The notes beneath the pieces were generated by a model. It was not told where the DNA came from. It saw nothing but the letters and a program-made list of their open reading frames with translations, and made no database searches. The position numbers were made by a program, and so were the translations under genes. This document shows, one piece after another, positions 36,504-50,692 of a stretch of DNA of 64,000 nucleotides. The stretch's first letter is position 1. Each line of letters opens with the position of its first letter. The stretch spans positions 1,302,001-1,366,000 of the forward strand of contig AP026131.1 in NCBI GenBank assembly GCA_030295235.1, in the 5' to 3' direction. Source of the stretch: Fistulifera solaris. Taxonomy: Eukaryota.

Positions 36504-36936
36504 TTCGCTTGGGGTACACTAGAACCCTTTCGAGTCAATACACATCCCCAGGTTGTCTAGAAGGAGGCAAGATGCCGAAGAAGAACAAAAAAGATCGCGC
36601 GTCGTGTGGAGTCGGCATGTGAAGGGTCATTCTTTCATCTTAACGCGGTTCCAGACTTAGTCAAAACGAGTACCGTATTGGGTACCGCATGTTATATTCG
36701 ATCTTGAACGGACGATCGTTGAGGACATGCTGGCGCGCCACGGATTGTACTTCGTTTTATCATGTGTCGCAGCGTGTCACTTGGGTCTTGCGGTGGGATT
36801 TTGGTCGCCACATTTTGGCGTGCCAAAACAAAAATACGAAACCGCGAAAGAACCGCAACAAACAAGGAAATGAACCACGACAACCCATTCGATAACATTA
36901 AGCCAATCACATCTTCAAAAGTTTATTTGTGTGCTC

Positions 36937-38453
36937 ATGATCCGCCTGATTCCCTTCTTACTATTGCTAGAAACCGCAGACGCGAGCCGGAATTGGGCCG
37001 ATTTGGTCGATTCTTCGGAACTCCAACCTCTGGATCCGAATGCAAACAATTATCTCCTACGATTTGATCCTTTTGAAAGAGCGAATGATACCGAAGAAGA
37101 CGATGAAAACGTCGAGATGGAACCACCGGCTGTAGCCGCCGACAACGACGATATTTCGTCGCCTGCACCTTCGGACTCCAATACCGGCAATCCGCTGACA
37201 CTACCTCCTCTCGATGATACACCTGTGTTATGGCAACCCCCGAGCTACCCATCCTAAATTTTACCAATAATAATGATCCATACCCCGAAAAACCACTTCC
37301 CGCCGTACCCATGCCGTGGTATTTCAATTATGATTCCACTTCCAACTTTGGTCCAGGAGAAATTGGTTTATTTTCCAAAGAAGGCTTGTTTGACATTAAC
37401 GTACACAACAATCACTGGGGACAGGTGGAATTAGCGCCACTGTCGTATTGGGAAGAATTTACCGCGAACGGTTGGGGACCGTATCAGGGTGTCCTCGACA
37501 ATCATGATCCTACGAATCGCAATTTGTGCGAGACGGGAAGCCTGCAAAGTCCCATTGACGTCCGCGAAAATGGGGGAGGTGTGTGTAAGGAAACACATCA
37601 GATTCATACACACGCGGGTGACTTTGGAATCCGCAGTGATCATGTACGGCACGAAATTCATCCCAACAAATTGCGTCTTTTATACGATCGAAGACCCTGT
37701 GCGGATTTTGTCAACGATGCCGCGTGTGCGGAACCCGATCCACCCTTTGCCGATTTTCCCAATGGATGGGGTGGATATTCGGATGTATTGCATGTGGATT
37801 TTAAGGTTCCGGGGGAACATCGGATATGGAATGAACAATTTGATGCGGAGATGCAAATATTTCACATTCATTACGGGCGTCGTCGTTTACCGACGCAAGC
37901 GGTGTTGATCCGGGCGCGAGACGACGGCCACAATGCGTATTTGGAAGAAGTATTGACACTGTTCGAGTATGAATATGATATGAATCAAGCGAAATGTGCG
38001 CGACGGTTACGAGAACAAAGGCGTCTACAGAGTCAAATACATAGCCTACTGGGAAACAAAACGCCGGATGATAGCCATTTCGATAGCTCGGCCGATTTTT
38101 CTACTCTACTGGATTTACCCGAATTCGAGAAAGAGCAAAACCAACGTCGACTCCAAAACTCGGTGTGGGACCCCCATCACCCCATGTTGGTGCCCTCCAT
38201 CTACTTTTATCGGTACGATGGATCTCTCACGGAACCACCCTGCGGCGAATTTGTTTCCTGGTTCGTTTGTGATACACCGATGATCATCAGTTTCGAGCAA
38301 CTGGAACGAATGAAAAAGATTTTATTTACCAATGTAGATGAAAACTGCCGTCTCACCAGTATCCATCACGACGAAAGTGTCGCACGACCAATTCGTCCCA
38401 TCGGGGAACGTCCCGTCTGGAGATGTACCGAAGAACACTACGGTCCTTCGTAA
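36937..38453 (+). CDS. Secreted alpha-carbonic-anhydrase-like protein lacking the canonical Zn ligands; frameshift near 37250
   Basis: Signal peptide; QSPIDV, GEH, YRYDGSLTEPPCGEFVSWFV and ARP motifs. Confidence 0.85.
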
Positions 38454-38523
38454 GAGCACTCCCTTTCTGCTAAGTTGTACAAAACAAGTATACTAGAATG
38501 TTATTATTGAATCGTTCTTGTGT

Positions 38524-39586
38524 TCAACGCTTGGTGGATCCAATTTTGATCAGTGCCAATTCGACAAAGGCCACATGATACACCACGGTCCCCTGCTCCG
38601 AACGCGGTTCCACTTGGGCCAGTAACGCCAATTTGGCAGCCGTATTCAAACAGCGAACGTATCCGGTCATATCGTACGCCGTGGGACAGTGGGACGAGCA
38701 CACGCAACCCCGCAAACGCATGACATTCATCGCGGGGTGCCTCATATAACAAATAATCACTCCCAAATTTAGCTCCACACGAAACATGTAGGGAAGTGCC
38801 CGCATGCAAGGCTTGGATCACCGCGGCGCGTTCGAGATCTGCGGAGGAAGCGTCTCGCAACGGAAACGTACTCAACGTAGCATTTTCTTTTTGAAACGGC
38901 AAACGAATAGTCTCATCATTCTTGCCCTGCATTTCTGGACGCATCCGACTCCAGACCGCCGGCACGACATCGTACACCATGGCCCGCATGTCTTCCGCCT
39001 GTCGAACCTGTTCGGCCGCTTGCATGGATTGTTTGAGCGCGAAAGCCCACGATTGGGCCAAATCATCATCGACAATCACTGGCAGGGGCGGTTCCCACAA
39101 CAAACGACTCATGGGCGGCGCAATTGCCACGGGCGGTACCTTGTTGCGTTCTCCGACCAAATCGGCCCATTCTTGTTCCAATGCGGCGGGATTCACGGGA
39201 AGTTGATACAGGTGGTCGCCTTTCAAAAAATCGGGCATCGAGCGTTTCCGTTTCTTGGAGCGAGCATCCGCTTCGGCGTGCAAGGCGGCTTCTTCTTGCC
39301 GCTGCTGTTCTTGGCGTTGTTTCTTCTCGAGATGCTGTTCGTGTCGCAACTTCAATTTCAATTCCTTCTTTTCTTGTCGCGTCATGCGTCGTTCGATTCC
39401 CGTTTCCGTATCCTTCACCGTAAATGCTACTTTGGAAGAAGTGCGCTCGAAAGATTGTCGGGCCGCCACGACGGTAGCGCTGGGACGAATCCGGCGCACG
39501 CCGACATAGAGCGGAGGAAGACGGTGTTCCGACAAGGCGTGCGTCAATTCGGACGAAAAGACGACCGTTATATGGGATCGTTCCAT
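38524..39586 (-). CDS. tRNA-splicing endonuclease catalytic subunit (SEN34/SEN2-like); frameshift near 38685
   Basis: GAKFGSDYLLY...CHA, then in the next frame GYVRCLNTAAKLALLA, giving the Y-H-K triad. Confidence 0.8.
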
Positions 39587-39899
39587 ACTGACGAATTGGA
39601 AACGAACGAGTCGATAATAGTCTTTCGATTGCAATGATATAACGAATAGAAGGATCCTTATCAAAGAAAAACGTTTTGTTCAAAAAAAACGAGTGGTCCG
39701 TGTCTCTCATTTTTGGGTACTGGTGCGATTGTGGTATGATTATTGCATTATCATTCCCGAGTACCGGGTTTATCAAGACACGATCGCACTAGGTACACTG
39801 TTTCTCTAGTTCGATCCAAAGAGAGAATATCAAAAATCATCACTCTATCATTCTTATGCTTATTTTGATTTTATGAAAAGTCATTGCATGGATCTGCCT

Positions 39900-41809
39900 C
39901 TACAATCCCACAACAACCAGAAAAACTAGAATATCGGCAATCCATCCCGATCCAGAGAAACTGCCCGAATCAATCAAAGTCGGACGCAAGGTCGTCGTCG
40001 TATCATCCCCAGAGGGTGTTGCAGTCGTCGAATCATCCCCCGAAAGCATCGATGGTGCCGGAGATACGGTACCCACCAAGGAAGCATCGGACGGTGCCGT
40101 GCAGGGTCCGGCAAAATCACCCACGCAGGGGGGACACACACAGCGGACCGGTCCAACCCGCGGGACACACGCAACCTCCATTCTTGCAACTGCCTTCGGT
40201 TTGTTGGAATCCTTGACAGTCACTGTCCTCGAAACAAACACCGCCACCGCGTTGGACCATCGACAAGGGTAGCTCGTTCACAAAGGGATTGAAGGTATAC
40301 TTTTCCCAATTGGCATCAATGTACTCGCGGGTTTCCAAACCGGGAGGATCACACGTGACCGAATGTCCTTTGGAAGGGTTCTGATAAATGCGGACGTAAT
40401 CAATTTGAAAGGCAACGGGATTGGTGGCATCCAATTCGCGACAAAGTTCCGCCAACCACGTCGTTGCTTCGGGACAAAGCAAACAATTGGGATTGCCACA
40501 ATCGGTACACGTCAACTGACTGTCGGCACTGCAAAAACCAGGATTCGCCAAGGAACAGGGAGATTGGGGATCGCAGCCGTTCCATCCCCATCGTGGAGAA
40601 ATGTCAGTATTCAGGACTGTACAAAGAAAAGTTGAGAAAATCGTTGTTTCACGACCGTCGACCATTGTTGTTGTCCGGGTACTTACTCAAATACATGGCT
40701 TCATACGGTATTTGTGGGACCGCATCAGCCGCTCCGGGACGAGCATTCAACATTTCCTGCGTAATCTCGTACATGAGTTCGCCTTCTCCATTGTACCAGC
40801 GAATGTATTGACCCGGTTCCCACTCCGTACGAATAATTGTTTGTTGTTGATAGTAACGTTCCGAATGTTGCCAGGTCACCGATAAACCATCCTGCCACAA
40901 AGGCGGCTCATCCTGAATGAGCTGACCGTACCAATAATTGTTGATCATGCGTGGATTCTCCGTGGCATTCAAACCACCGTACGCCGCTCCACCGAACGGA
41001 AACAAATCGGGATACCAATTTCCATCCTGGGGCATGGCGGGAGATATCGCACGCAACGAATCCGCGATCCCCGGGGCGACTTGTAAGGAAGAAGAAATTT
41101 GCGGTCGTCCCAATTGAACATCGCGTCGTGTTCCATCCACGTGTGCTACATTGTTGTATCGCAACACGTAATCTCCCGGCTGCGCTTCAATGATATCGAT
41201 TTCCGGACTCCCCCGTCCTCGTCCACCTTGACACGCACTGAAGGCTTGTCCGCCGGCCGCCTGCACCGCTTCCTCGGACGATCCACAGGTATCGTAACTC
41301 CACGGCCACATGCCTTCGGTACTGGTCAAATATCCGGGCCGCGCCAAATTGCCCAACATCCAAAAGGCCGGCCAGAGTCCACCGCGATGAGGGGATCCGG
41401 GCAATTGCATGGACAACTCAATGACACCACCGGTAAAACAGAACTTATTCCACGTCGACACGAGTCCCGATTGATACGGACGTTCAAAATAGTACGGATT
41501 GCCTTGCGCATCGTATTCCGTCCATTTCGCCCAGTCGCGTTTCGAAGCAATCATGAGTTTGCCATCCTCTGTAAAGACCGTGGATGAATTGTAATAGTGC
41601 AAGGCGGCATTGGTGACACCGGGACGATCTTCGGCCGTCCATTTGGTGTCATGACCGTCCGTAAAGGAACGTCCTGCATCCGCAAATTCATCGGAAAAGA
41701 CCAACGTGTACCCCGTCTTCGGATCCGTGCGCGCGGTCGTCGGGGTTTGTTCATCAATCCACGAAGCGCGCACCGCGATGCTGCTGCACAGAAGGAAAGT
41801 TAGTCGCAT
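39900..41809 (-). CDS. KRE6/SKN1-like GH16 beta-glucan transglycosylase with EGF-like and C-terminal hydrophobic regions; intron 40617-40686
   Basis: LVFSDEF, WNKFCFTGG, GLWPAFWMLGNLARPGY and EIDIIE. The 70-nt intron restores MYLILNTD. Frameshift near 40130. Confidence 0.9.
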
Positions 41810-42221
41810 TCTTTGTCAATCAATAATCGAAAGTAAGTTGTTTGTTTTTGGATCTGTTCGCGTTTTTATGTTCCGAGTTGGAACATTATTTTGTGATGTG
41901 CTTCTCGCTTCTCGCTTCTCGCACGCCCACGTGAATCAATTTTTGGATGGAAGCATCGGTTTTCGCGTGTCGGTTTGACTGTGGTTTGGAAAGTAGTTCG
42001 GCGTTTCCGGCGTGGAGGGATTGACACTCCGCGAAACGGATCTCCAGTCGAAAAACGTCCTCTGTACTTTGTGAGCTAAAGTGCGATCATTCGCGCGATG
42101 GCGCATCGTGACGTGAATCATCACGCACTCACGACTCACGTCGCCTCATTCCTTCGTTGCCGTTTCTTTGATTGACGTCGGCAAGTCGAAAAATGAATCA
42201 TCATCAAAACATCTATAGACT

Positions 42222-43184
42222 ATGTCATTCCAGCGATCCATTTCGGTCATTCTTGTCACAAGTCGTGCGGTGTGTGCTTTTCATCTTTTGATATTAGGAT
42301 ACGGCCGCGTCGGACGAGACATTGCGCACGACGCTTCTTCGTGGTTTACGACCATTTCGGGGACCGTCCGTCAACCTTGCGAACCTACTGGTAACGTTCA
42401 TTTGATTCCATTTCAAAATCAATACATTCAACCGTTACTTTCCAAATGCACCCACATTTTAATTACGTTACCGCCTCCCCGAGAAAAGGATGACGAACTG
42501 GAGGCGGTCCTCCAATCGATTGCCGAGCAGTTTCCTCGCAATGGCTGGATCGGCATCATTTCGACGACGGGTGTCTATGGGGATCATCAAGGGGCTTGGG
42601 TGACGGAAACATCCGCCTGTCTGTCGTCGTCCGAAAGTGCAGTACGGTTTTTACAATGGGAACACGTATGGCGCAACCAGTGTCAACACCATGGACATCC
42701 ATTGGCCATTTTTCGCTGTGCCGGTATTTACGGGCCCGGTCGATCGGCGTTGCATACCGCGTACCGAAACACGGCTTTGGAAGGAGGAGGAATCACCAAT
42801 CGGATCCATACGCACGATCTTTCACGAGCAGTGGTGGCGTGCATGAGAAAAAGTCTCGGTGAATCAAGAAAAATGGGCGACTGTGAAATCTTCAATCTCG
42901 CCGATGATTTACCAGAGTCACGTGTAGTTGTTCTGAACTATGCCCGTGATCTGTTACAAACAGAAGGGCTTTGGGACAACACGACGGATAACACGGTCCT
43001 TCCTTCCAAGACGTCGAATCGAGCGCGACGACGGGAAACGGAGGAGAAGCGTGTTTGTAACCGAAAAATGAAAGAGATTTTGTTGGATGGAACAGAGCTG
43101 ATCTTTCCAACGTACAAGGAAGGGCTACGGCACATCCTGGAACAGCCGTCGGAGCCGTGGTGGGCAAGGAAATTGCATCCTTAG
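42222..43184 (+). CDS. Atypical SDR / NAD-dependent epimerase (YeeZ-like)
   Basis: ILGYGRVG, ISTTGVYGD...WVTE, GIYGPGRS, NRIH, FNLADD and FPTYKEGL motifs. Confidence 0.88.
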   Translation: MSFQRSISVILVTSRAVCAFHLLILGYGRVGRDIAHDASSWFTTISGTVRQPCEPTGNVHLIPFQNQYIQPLLSKCTHILITLPPPREKDDELEAVLQSIAEQFPRNGWIGIISTTGVYGDHQGAWVTETSACLSSSESAVRFLQWEHVWRNQCQHHGHPLAIFRCAGIYGPGRSALHTAYRNTALEGGGITNRIHTHDLSRAVVACMRKSLGESRKMGDCEIFNLADDLPESRVVVLNYARDLLQTEGLWDNTTDNTVLPSKTSNRARRRETEEKRVCNRKMKEILLDGTELIFPTYKEGLRHILEQPSEPWWARKLHP

Positions 43185-45131
43185 TTTTTGTGATATATAT
43201 TCCCATGCTTGAATTCCAGATTGTGAGCGCACCACATCTCTGCCTTTTCATCACGCTGCCATCGACCGCAATTAGCACTTTCATAACGGCAAACGCAGAA
43301 GGGTGGTATTCGGGAGAAGACGAAAGCCATGGAGGTCCAATTCGAAAGCACATGGAGCTGGAAATAAAAACGATGTATGATGACAATGCAATCACGGGAA
43401 CAAGGCTTGATGGTAAATAATAACAATGCACGGTAGTACCAGGTACTGGTCTAGCAAGCGTTAATAAGTTTTTCTAATTCCAGTCCCGCCCACACCAAAC
43501 TTTTTGAGTCACGCCCATGCGTGAATGCACTACGGTAAACTAATAATAATGAAGCCAGCAGAGTACGGCGAGATAAGATGAATTTACTTTCATGACCAGC
43601 AAATCCACTAGCAATCGACGCTTATTTATACAAATTAACACGCTGTTCTCTTTTGATTACTTTGTGTGCTGCTTTCATCATTCTTCCCATCCTAACGACC
43701 GAAGCAGAGGCCACAACTAGAGTATTCATGAAGAAATGCTTTTCTAAAAGTTGTGCTTTTGCGTCCTTTACCTTGTTGCCGTGGTGGAAGCCAGCTTGTC
43801 CATTGAGTTGCAAACTGTCAAAATAAGAGAGTAAATCTTTCTCGAGACAAAGGCCGATTCGAAATCCGGACCGTCTTCCCAACAACAGATCGTTTCCCCG
43901 AATTCATGAATGCGCAAAAGATACTGTACAGGGCAACGATGGATCGGCTTGCTATTTGCAGTCACGGAACAAAAGAAAAGGCAGCAAAAAAACTGTGCTG
44001 TTTACTGGAACCATCGTATTTTCGACGCTCCAAGCGCGATGAGCGATTCCGATGTTCAATGTACTTCATTCGCAACACGCGTCATGGAACATGGAAGGAT
44101 ACTGGTAAGTTAAAAGAGGTTCGGCTTATCATTCCTTACGTTAAAGTATACTGTATACTCCGTACAATAATAATCTGTGCACTGTGCACTGTTTTTCACT
44201 TGTCTATTTTAGATTTTCGTGGTTGAAGGGTAGTGAGGTAGAGGTAGAGATGAGTGAAAGTGAAGGGGCGTGGATTGTGGATCGTGGATCGTGGATGAAT
44301 AATTGATTAAATAATGTGAAAACGTGAGAGAGGAACGGAACTGCCCAGAACGCCAGAACTCCTTAGTCAAACGCCCTGTTCCCTGTTCCACTTTCCACTA
44401 TTCGTAGCCCGTAGCCCGTAGCCTTGAAGACAAGGAATAAATTATAAATAAGCTCAAAATGCAAGTCAAAGAACAAAGAGTGTCATGAAGAAAACGTCGT
44501 TAACGACACCAGATGTCATGTGGCAATCACGAGTCGTTTTCCTTCAAGTTTTGTTTAGAGCTAGAGGCATAAATGTTCCCCAGCAAAAAAAATCTTTGTA
44601 GGTTCAAAAAAATAACCTAGTCTGTCTCAGGTTTAAGCTCTAATCGATGAAGATGGGAAACGAAAGAAAAACGACTAAATAATGAAGAAAAAAATCTGCT
44701 CAAAGCGGAAGTGGGCAGCGAAAGCGAATTAAGAAACATTAAGGAACACTGCAAAGTTCGCCTAACGCAATACCCAATATAGTTCGACACGCTCTTAACA
44801 ATTAAGCCATTAAGCCTGGCGGTTTCTTCATAGCCAAAGAATCAACTGGAAACTCTGGTAAATGAAAACGACTTCCCAAAGCAGATCCGCGAATAGCCAG
44901 TCCGCATTCCAGATCCTCGTACTTGCTACTGGTTTTCTACATGGTAAGGTGTCATGGAATCTGCGAAGTCAAATCCTTGGACATTTTGGATCGCCAGTTT
45001 CCGCGGAACAGAGATGCTCATAAATCAGAAAAATCAAAAAGTTGCTGGAAAGGTAAGATTGATGATGCTGGTTCAATACGCATTCCGAGCTTGGGACTAA
45101 CTCAACACTATCTAAAATACCCACAGCTATC

Positions 45132-46947
45132 ATGAAAATCACAACTTTGGCAACCTCTCTCCTTCTGGCAAGTGTGCTAGCTCCCAATCAAGCATCTCGG
45201 GTCGACGAGGTGCTTCCTCATTCGTGCTCGCTCGCTTCTCACGGCTGTTGAGCTCGGAAACGGAGCGCAGCTTAGTGTCAACATCAACTCACCAGCAACT
45301 GGCTCGTCAGTTGTAGTTGACGATGCATGTGCTGCCTCCACATCGTTCGACGGGTCTGCTAGTGTCGGTAAAGGCACTCCCGATGTCACATACATCTTTG
45401 TCATCGATCAGTCCGGTAGCACTTCTAATATTATTGCAGGCATCAGGACCTTCTTTAATGAACTCACAGATGTGGTGTTCAGCGAGGGTTCTGCACTCAA
45501 CGCTGGTGTCGTGCGATTTTCGGGCAGCGCCGTCCGATTGCCAGCGCTGACCAGCAGTATCACTGATATCAAAGCGGAGATCAACAAGGCAGTAGCAGGT
45601 GGATCCACTAATTGTGGTGATGCACTCCTCAAGGCCCGCGAACTTGCTGCTACAAGCACGGCTGCCACCACTATTGTTTTGTTTGCCGGGGATGGTTTCT
45701 GCGATTCATCCAATGATGCTATTGCACAAGCGAATGCACTTGCCGCTTTGACAAACACCAATGTGATCATCGAAACTATCGCAATCAACATTGGATGTGC
45801 TGGCGATCTCGGGACTAACATTCCACGAAACGGTGGTAGCTGTAAGGCCGTCACCAGTGTCAATGATTTCGACATCACGACCGTCATCGGGACCACACTC
45901 AAGAACGTTGCGTACAACCTCAATGCGGGCGCATTTGCAAGTCTCGCCACTTCTCCCAGCGGCGACATTGCCGGTCCAGCCACCAAGACCTTCTTGCAAG
46001 CCATCCCGATCAACTTGGGCCCGAATGATCTATGCGTAAAAGCGACCGGAAGCGACGAAGTCGGCCAGCAAGATGTTGACGTCTTGGAATGCATTTCCAT
46101 CGTCGGAGTTGACGCATCCGCACCAACCATCACGTGTCCAGCAAACATTGTCACAGCTACTGATGCAGGAGTTTGCGAGTCATCCGTGGCAACAGGATCG
46201 GCGACGGCGGTTGACAATTGTAGCAGCGGTTTGAGTCCACAGGCAAGTGCAAGTGGTCCCTTTCCTCTTGGCATCAGCACAGTCACTTTCAGCGTCGTCG
46301 ATGCTTCTGGTAACGGTGCGAGCTGTGATATCAGCGTCGAAATCTTTGACGGTGAAGCGCCGATCCTCTCGTGTCCCGCGGACATGACCGTTAGCACGGA
46401 TGCCGGCATTTGCACGGCGACCATCGAGATCCCCGTCGCTACCGTGACCGACAACTGTGATCAAGGATTGACTCCCAGTACCACCGCAGTCAATCCCTTC
46501 GCGCTCGGAAGCACCACCGTCGAGTACACTGTCGCCGATATCGCAGGAAACACCGACGCTTGCACCTTTGCTGTCGTCGTTGAAGACAACGAAGTCCCCA
46601 CGGCAACTTGTTCGCCGGCAAACAATCCTGGCGGCAATGTCCCGAAGGCAAACAACCAAGATGGATTCTTCGTTTTGGGTGGCGAAGACAATTGCAGCGT
46701 TGCAAGTTATCAAGTTGTTGACTCGGGTTCTGGACACACGTTTGGCCCTTTCCCATCTGGAACTGTTTTCAAGTACACCGAAGCCCCAGGCGCGACACCC
46801 TCGGAGAAGATCGGAACAGGCGACGTCGATTACTTCCTCAAGGGTCAAGGAGACGCGTACGTTCTCGTGACGGACGGTTCCGGAAATACGGCGACGGCGC
46901 CTTGTTTGGTTCCCCCGAAACCTTCTCGTCTCCTTCGAGGCATCTAA
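45132..46947 (+). CDS. Secreted vWA plus two HYR domain protein; apparent frameshift near 45220
   Basis: ATG at 45132 with a signal peptide. The long frame extends upstream of the called ORF and contains FVIDQSGS (MIDAS). Two HYR-like repeats (APTITCPANI...FPLG.STV...D.SGN). Confidence 0.82.
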
Positions 46948-47007
46948 ATACCGACATCATCAACAAAAGAATGCGATAATACCCTTCTTTGCGTGAAAAT
47001 ACATGTG

Positions 47008-47130
47008 ATACGTGATCTGCATGAAAATGAAACGGAAGCCGAAAACAGTCGAAACGGTAGAATCAATCATACGTGATCCGCATGATAATGAAACGGAAGC
47101 CGAAACAGTCGAGACGTAGAATCAATCATA
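47008..47130 (+). repeat. Tandem duplication of an approximately 61-bp unit downstream of the vWA-HYR gene
   Basis: ATACGTGATC(T/C)GCATGA...AGAATCAATC at 47008 and 47069; a single copy recurs at about 55195-55255. Confidence 0.9.
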
Positions 47131-47688
47131 GCTTCCCTGTATACAATCTCTAAATAAAACAATTCAACCATGATTCTTTTCTCTGATCTACCATCTCATG
47201 CGCTGGCTTCCTTTCTTCTTCTTGAAAGTATTTGTCGTTTGGAGGCGAGGTCAGTTGTGTTGATTACACTGGTGAATAACGGTTGTGGGTTGTGGGCCAC
47301 TGCAATCTCGTTTTGTTGTGTACTGGTATGGACAGTGAAGGGGGAAATTCCAGCTCGCGGATGACTGAGGGAAACGGTTCACGGATTGCTGATACAGTGT
47401 TGTACAATTTGTACAGCTATTCGTCACGTCCAGAATTAAGGACAAAAGAGAGTACTTCAGAAACCAGATAATCCAGATCGTGTTTTCGCAAGTTCTCGCA
47501 CAAAATCACAAGGTCGTCCTCCTTCTTCTTCTACGACCGTTTGGACGAATCTCTTTTCCAAAGATTCATGCAAGATGCACATCTCACAAAAACGCATTTT
47601 TGATCCGGTAAAACCGATCGCCGAAGCTGGCTCATTTTTTTTCGTTTCGCCCTCCGTCACGAAACAAACATCACCGAATTTCTTCACC

Positions 47689-50245
47689 ATGAAGCTTTGC
47701 ATTTTCCTGTCCCTTTTTTTTGCTGTCGCAACAAAGGTACGAACACGTTCGACGCTTTCCTTCGATGTGAATCACCTGAATCCTAACTTTATTCGTTTCC
47801 TTCAAGGCTGAGCTCATCTTGACGGGAGCCATGGATGGTCCTCTGAGCGGAGGAAATCCCAAGTTCGTCGAGTTATTTGCCACCGCTAGTATCGCAGACC
47901 TCAGCATCTACAGCATCGAAGTGGCGTTCAATGGGGCCGCCGCGAGCGGAACGCCGCAATACACCTTTCCCACAGATTCCGTCGCACAGGGGACGTACAT
48001 TTACGTGGCATCTTCCGCCAACAGCGGAGAAGCCGGTTTCCTCGCCTACTTCGGTTGCCCTCACGATTATCTCACGTCCGCTTCGTTCAGCAATGGCGAT
48101 GATGTCTACTTATTACGCAAGAACGGAGCCGTGATGGATGCGATCGGTGAGGTGGGTGTCGATGGAACGGGTCAGCCGTGGGAGTACTTGGATGGATGGA
48201 TCAAGCGTGAAAATGTGAGCACTGCATCGACACCTTCTGCCACGTTCAATGTCGCTGATTGGACTCTGAGTGGTATCAACGCTTTGGATACGTGCACCGT
48301 GACCAACGCTTTGTGCACATCCATTTATAACTTTCAAAAGGCCAGCTGCACGCCCGTTGAAGAGGAAGAACCTGCAACGACAACCCTTATTTCGGCCATT
48401 CAAGGGAGTGGCGCGTCAACGCCTCTCAATAATGTTGTCGTGAAAATCCAAGGAATTGTTGTGGGTGACTTTCAGGACGGCGATAGTGACACCAAGCGAA
48501 ACTTGGCGGGCTTTTTTGTTCAAGAAGAAGATTCGGACAGCGATAGTGACCCACTCACATCGGAAGGTATCTTCGTTTACGATCCTACTTTGCTGACCGA
48601 CGTGAGTGTTGGTGATGAAGTGGAAGTGGTTGGAACCGCCAGCGAAGCATTCGGTAACACGCAAATCAAAGATGTCACTCGTATTACCATCGTTTCGAGC
48701 GGAAACACTCTTCCAACTCCAGCCACAATCACTCTACCTCTCGCTGCTTCGAATGGAAACAATCCCGACCTTGAACCGTTCGAAGGTATGCTTGTGACTG
48801 TCACGAACAAGTTGCTGATCACTGAGATGTTTCAATTGGATCGTTTTAACGAAATCAAACTCGCCACGGAACGTTTCTACCAGTACTCGCAGCAGAATGT
48901 TCCCGACGTTCAAGGAAACGCCGATTATTTGGATCTTGTCTACCGCAGTACCATCACCTACGACGACGGTTTGACGACACAAAACAGTGACATTCGTCTT
49001 TTGGATGGCTTCCAAAATTGGCCCGCCACACCGATTCGTATGGGAGACAGTGTCACATCCTTGACCGGTGTTTTGTACTATTCCTTCTCCTTGTATCGCA
49101 TCCTCAGTACGGCCGATGGAACCGTGTCCTTTGTGAGCGAAAATCCTCGTCCTCCCGCTCCCTCGATCCAAGGAGACGTCAAGATCGTCACACTCAATGT
49201 ACTGAACTTCTTTACGACGTTGGATATCGGTAGTGCCGAAACCTCGAACGGAAACGATCCTCGTGGCGCCGACAGTCAGGCCGAGTTTGATCGTCAATTA
49301 CAAAAGCTGGTGACGAGTCTTTTACAAACGAACGGTGACATTTTCGCCTTGATCGAAATCGAAAATGACTTTTTGGCCGGATCTCCCGGTAATGCGTTGG
49401 AGTTCTTGACCAATGCATTGAATAGCGCGACTGCGGCTGGAACGTACGATTGGGTCGATCCTGGTCAACAGTTCGTCGATGGCAGTGATGCCATCTCTAA
49501 CGGATTCATTTACAAGACGAGTGTGGTGTCGATTGAAGGTGTCGCTATTTTGAATGACGCGGTCGTCGCGACGCTCGACAGCACTTTGTTGACGGAAGAT
49601 GCGACCATTTTTGACGGCCCGAATACCAACCGCGCCGCTCTGGCGGCGACCTTTGTCGTGGGTCCCCCGAAGAACTGCATTACGATTGCCAACAATCACT
49701 TCAAATCGAAAGGAGGTACCGGAACCGGTGCGAATGCCGATCAAAATGACGGTGCCGCCAGTTTCAACAATCGTCGCTTACTGGCGGCAAAAGCCTTGGA
49801 TCTGTGGCTTGAGACGGATCCGACCGGTGTGGCTTGTGAGAACATTGCCATTGTGGGCGATTTGAATTCGTACGTCAAGGAAGATCCCATTCGGTATTTG
49901 ACCGACACGACGTTCAACCCCAACGCAAATTTCCGCGATATTTTCGATGCTCCCGAAAATCAGTACAGTTACGTCTTTGATGGCATGATCGGAACGCTCG
50001 ATTACGTTTTGGTGAATGATGCCTTGTCGGAATTGGTCGTAGACGCTCAAAAGTGGCACATTAATGAAGACGAGCCCGATGCGTTGGATTACAATTTGGA
50101 TTTTGGACGTCTCGCAACGTATTTCGTCGGAACCAATGCGGCGCGGAATTCGGATCACAGTCCCGTGTTGATGGGAATTGATTTCACGCCCCCGCGTCGT
50201 AGAAATGGATTCTGTCCTCCCTCGTTTGCGAATAGTCGAATGTAA
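47689..50245 (+). CDS. ExeM/NucH-family secreted nuclease (lamin-tail-like, OB-fold and EEP domains); intron 47737-47806
   Basis: Signal exon MKLCIFLSLFFAVATK splices in frame. ISAIQG, GFFVQ, SEGIFVY, LEPFEGMLV, NVLNFF, NHFKSKG, GDLNSY, LDY and SDHSPV motifs. Confidence 0.92.
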
Positions 50246-50692
50246 ATAGAGTAATGAATGAATGCATCATGAAATAAATACAGTAGATTTCATCAAAATG
50301 CGTGCTGCGATGATTTTTTTCTTTTCATTTTTGCGGGCGAGCTTCAGCGACTGCTGGCGTACAGACGCCTGTAACGCAACTAATTACGTAGTAATAATTG
50401 TTAGGGTTCGAGTATACCTGCCGTACGTCACGTGTCAACTGACAGACTGACAAACGCAAGAAGAGGCGCAGCACGCAGCATTTTTTCTCCACCGCGCATT
50501 TTTCATTTCCCCATCCTAACATTCATTCGTCGTTTTAAAATCATTGTAACATCTTTATAAGACTACGCATTCGTCAATAGCGCCAGATTCTCTATTGAGA
50601 AGTTCTTGTGCGTCCTGTCTCGTTTTGGGATCTCATAATTGATCTTTTTCCGGTGATATTTCTACCTTGTCTTTCGACCTGCTTGTGAAACA

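Noticed and set aside
43200..43284. MKVLIAVDGS on the minus strand, resembling a universal stress protein start
   Set aside because: Similarity stops after about ten residues; could be chance or a tiny relic.
43622..43900. NDLLLGR...HHGN on the minus strand, resembling DUF6824
   Set aside because: Spacing and downstream motifs do not fit; too weak to call.
45408..46454. Long antisense ORFs (for example 45408-46454, 38804-39637, 29642-30379)
   Set aside because: They are shadows of real genes on the opposite strand.
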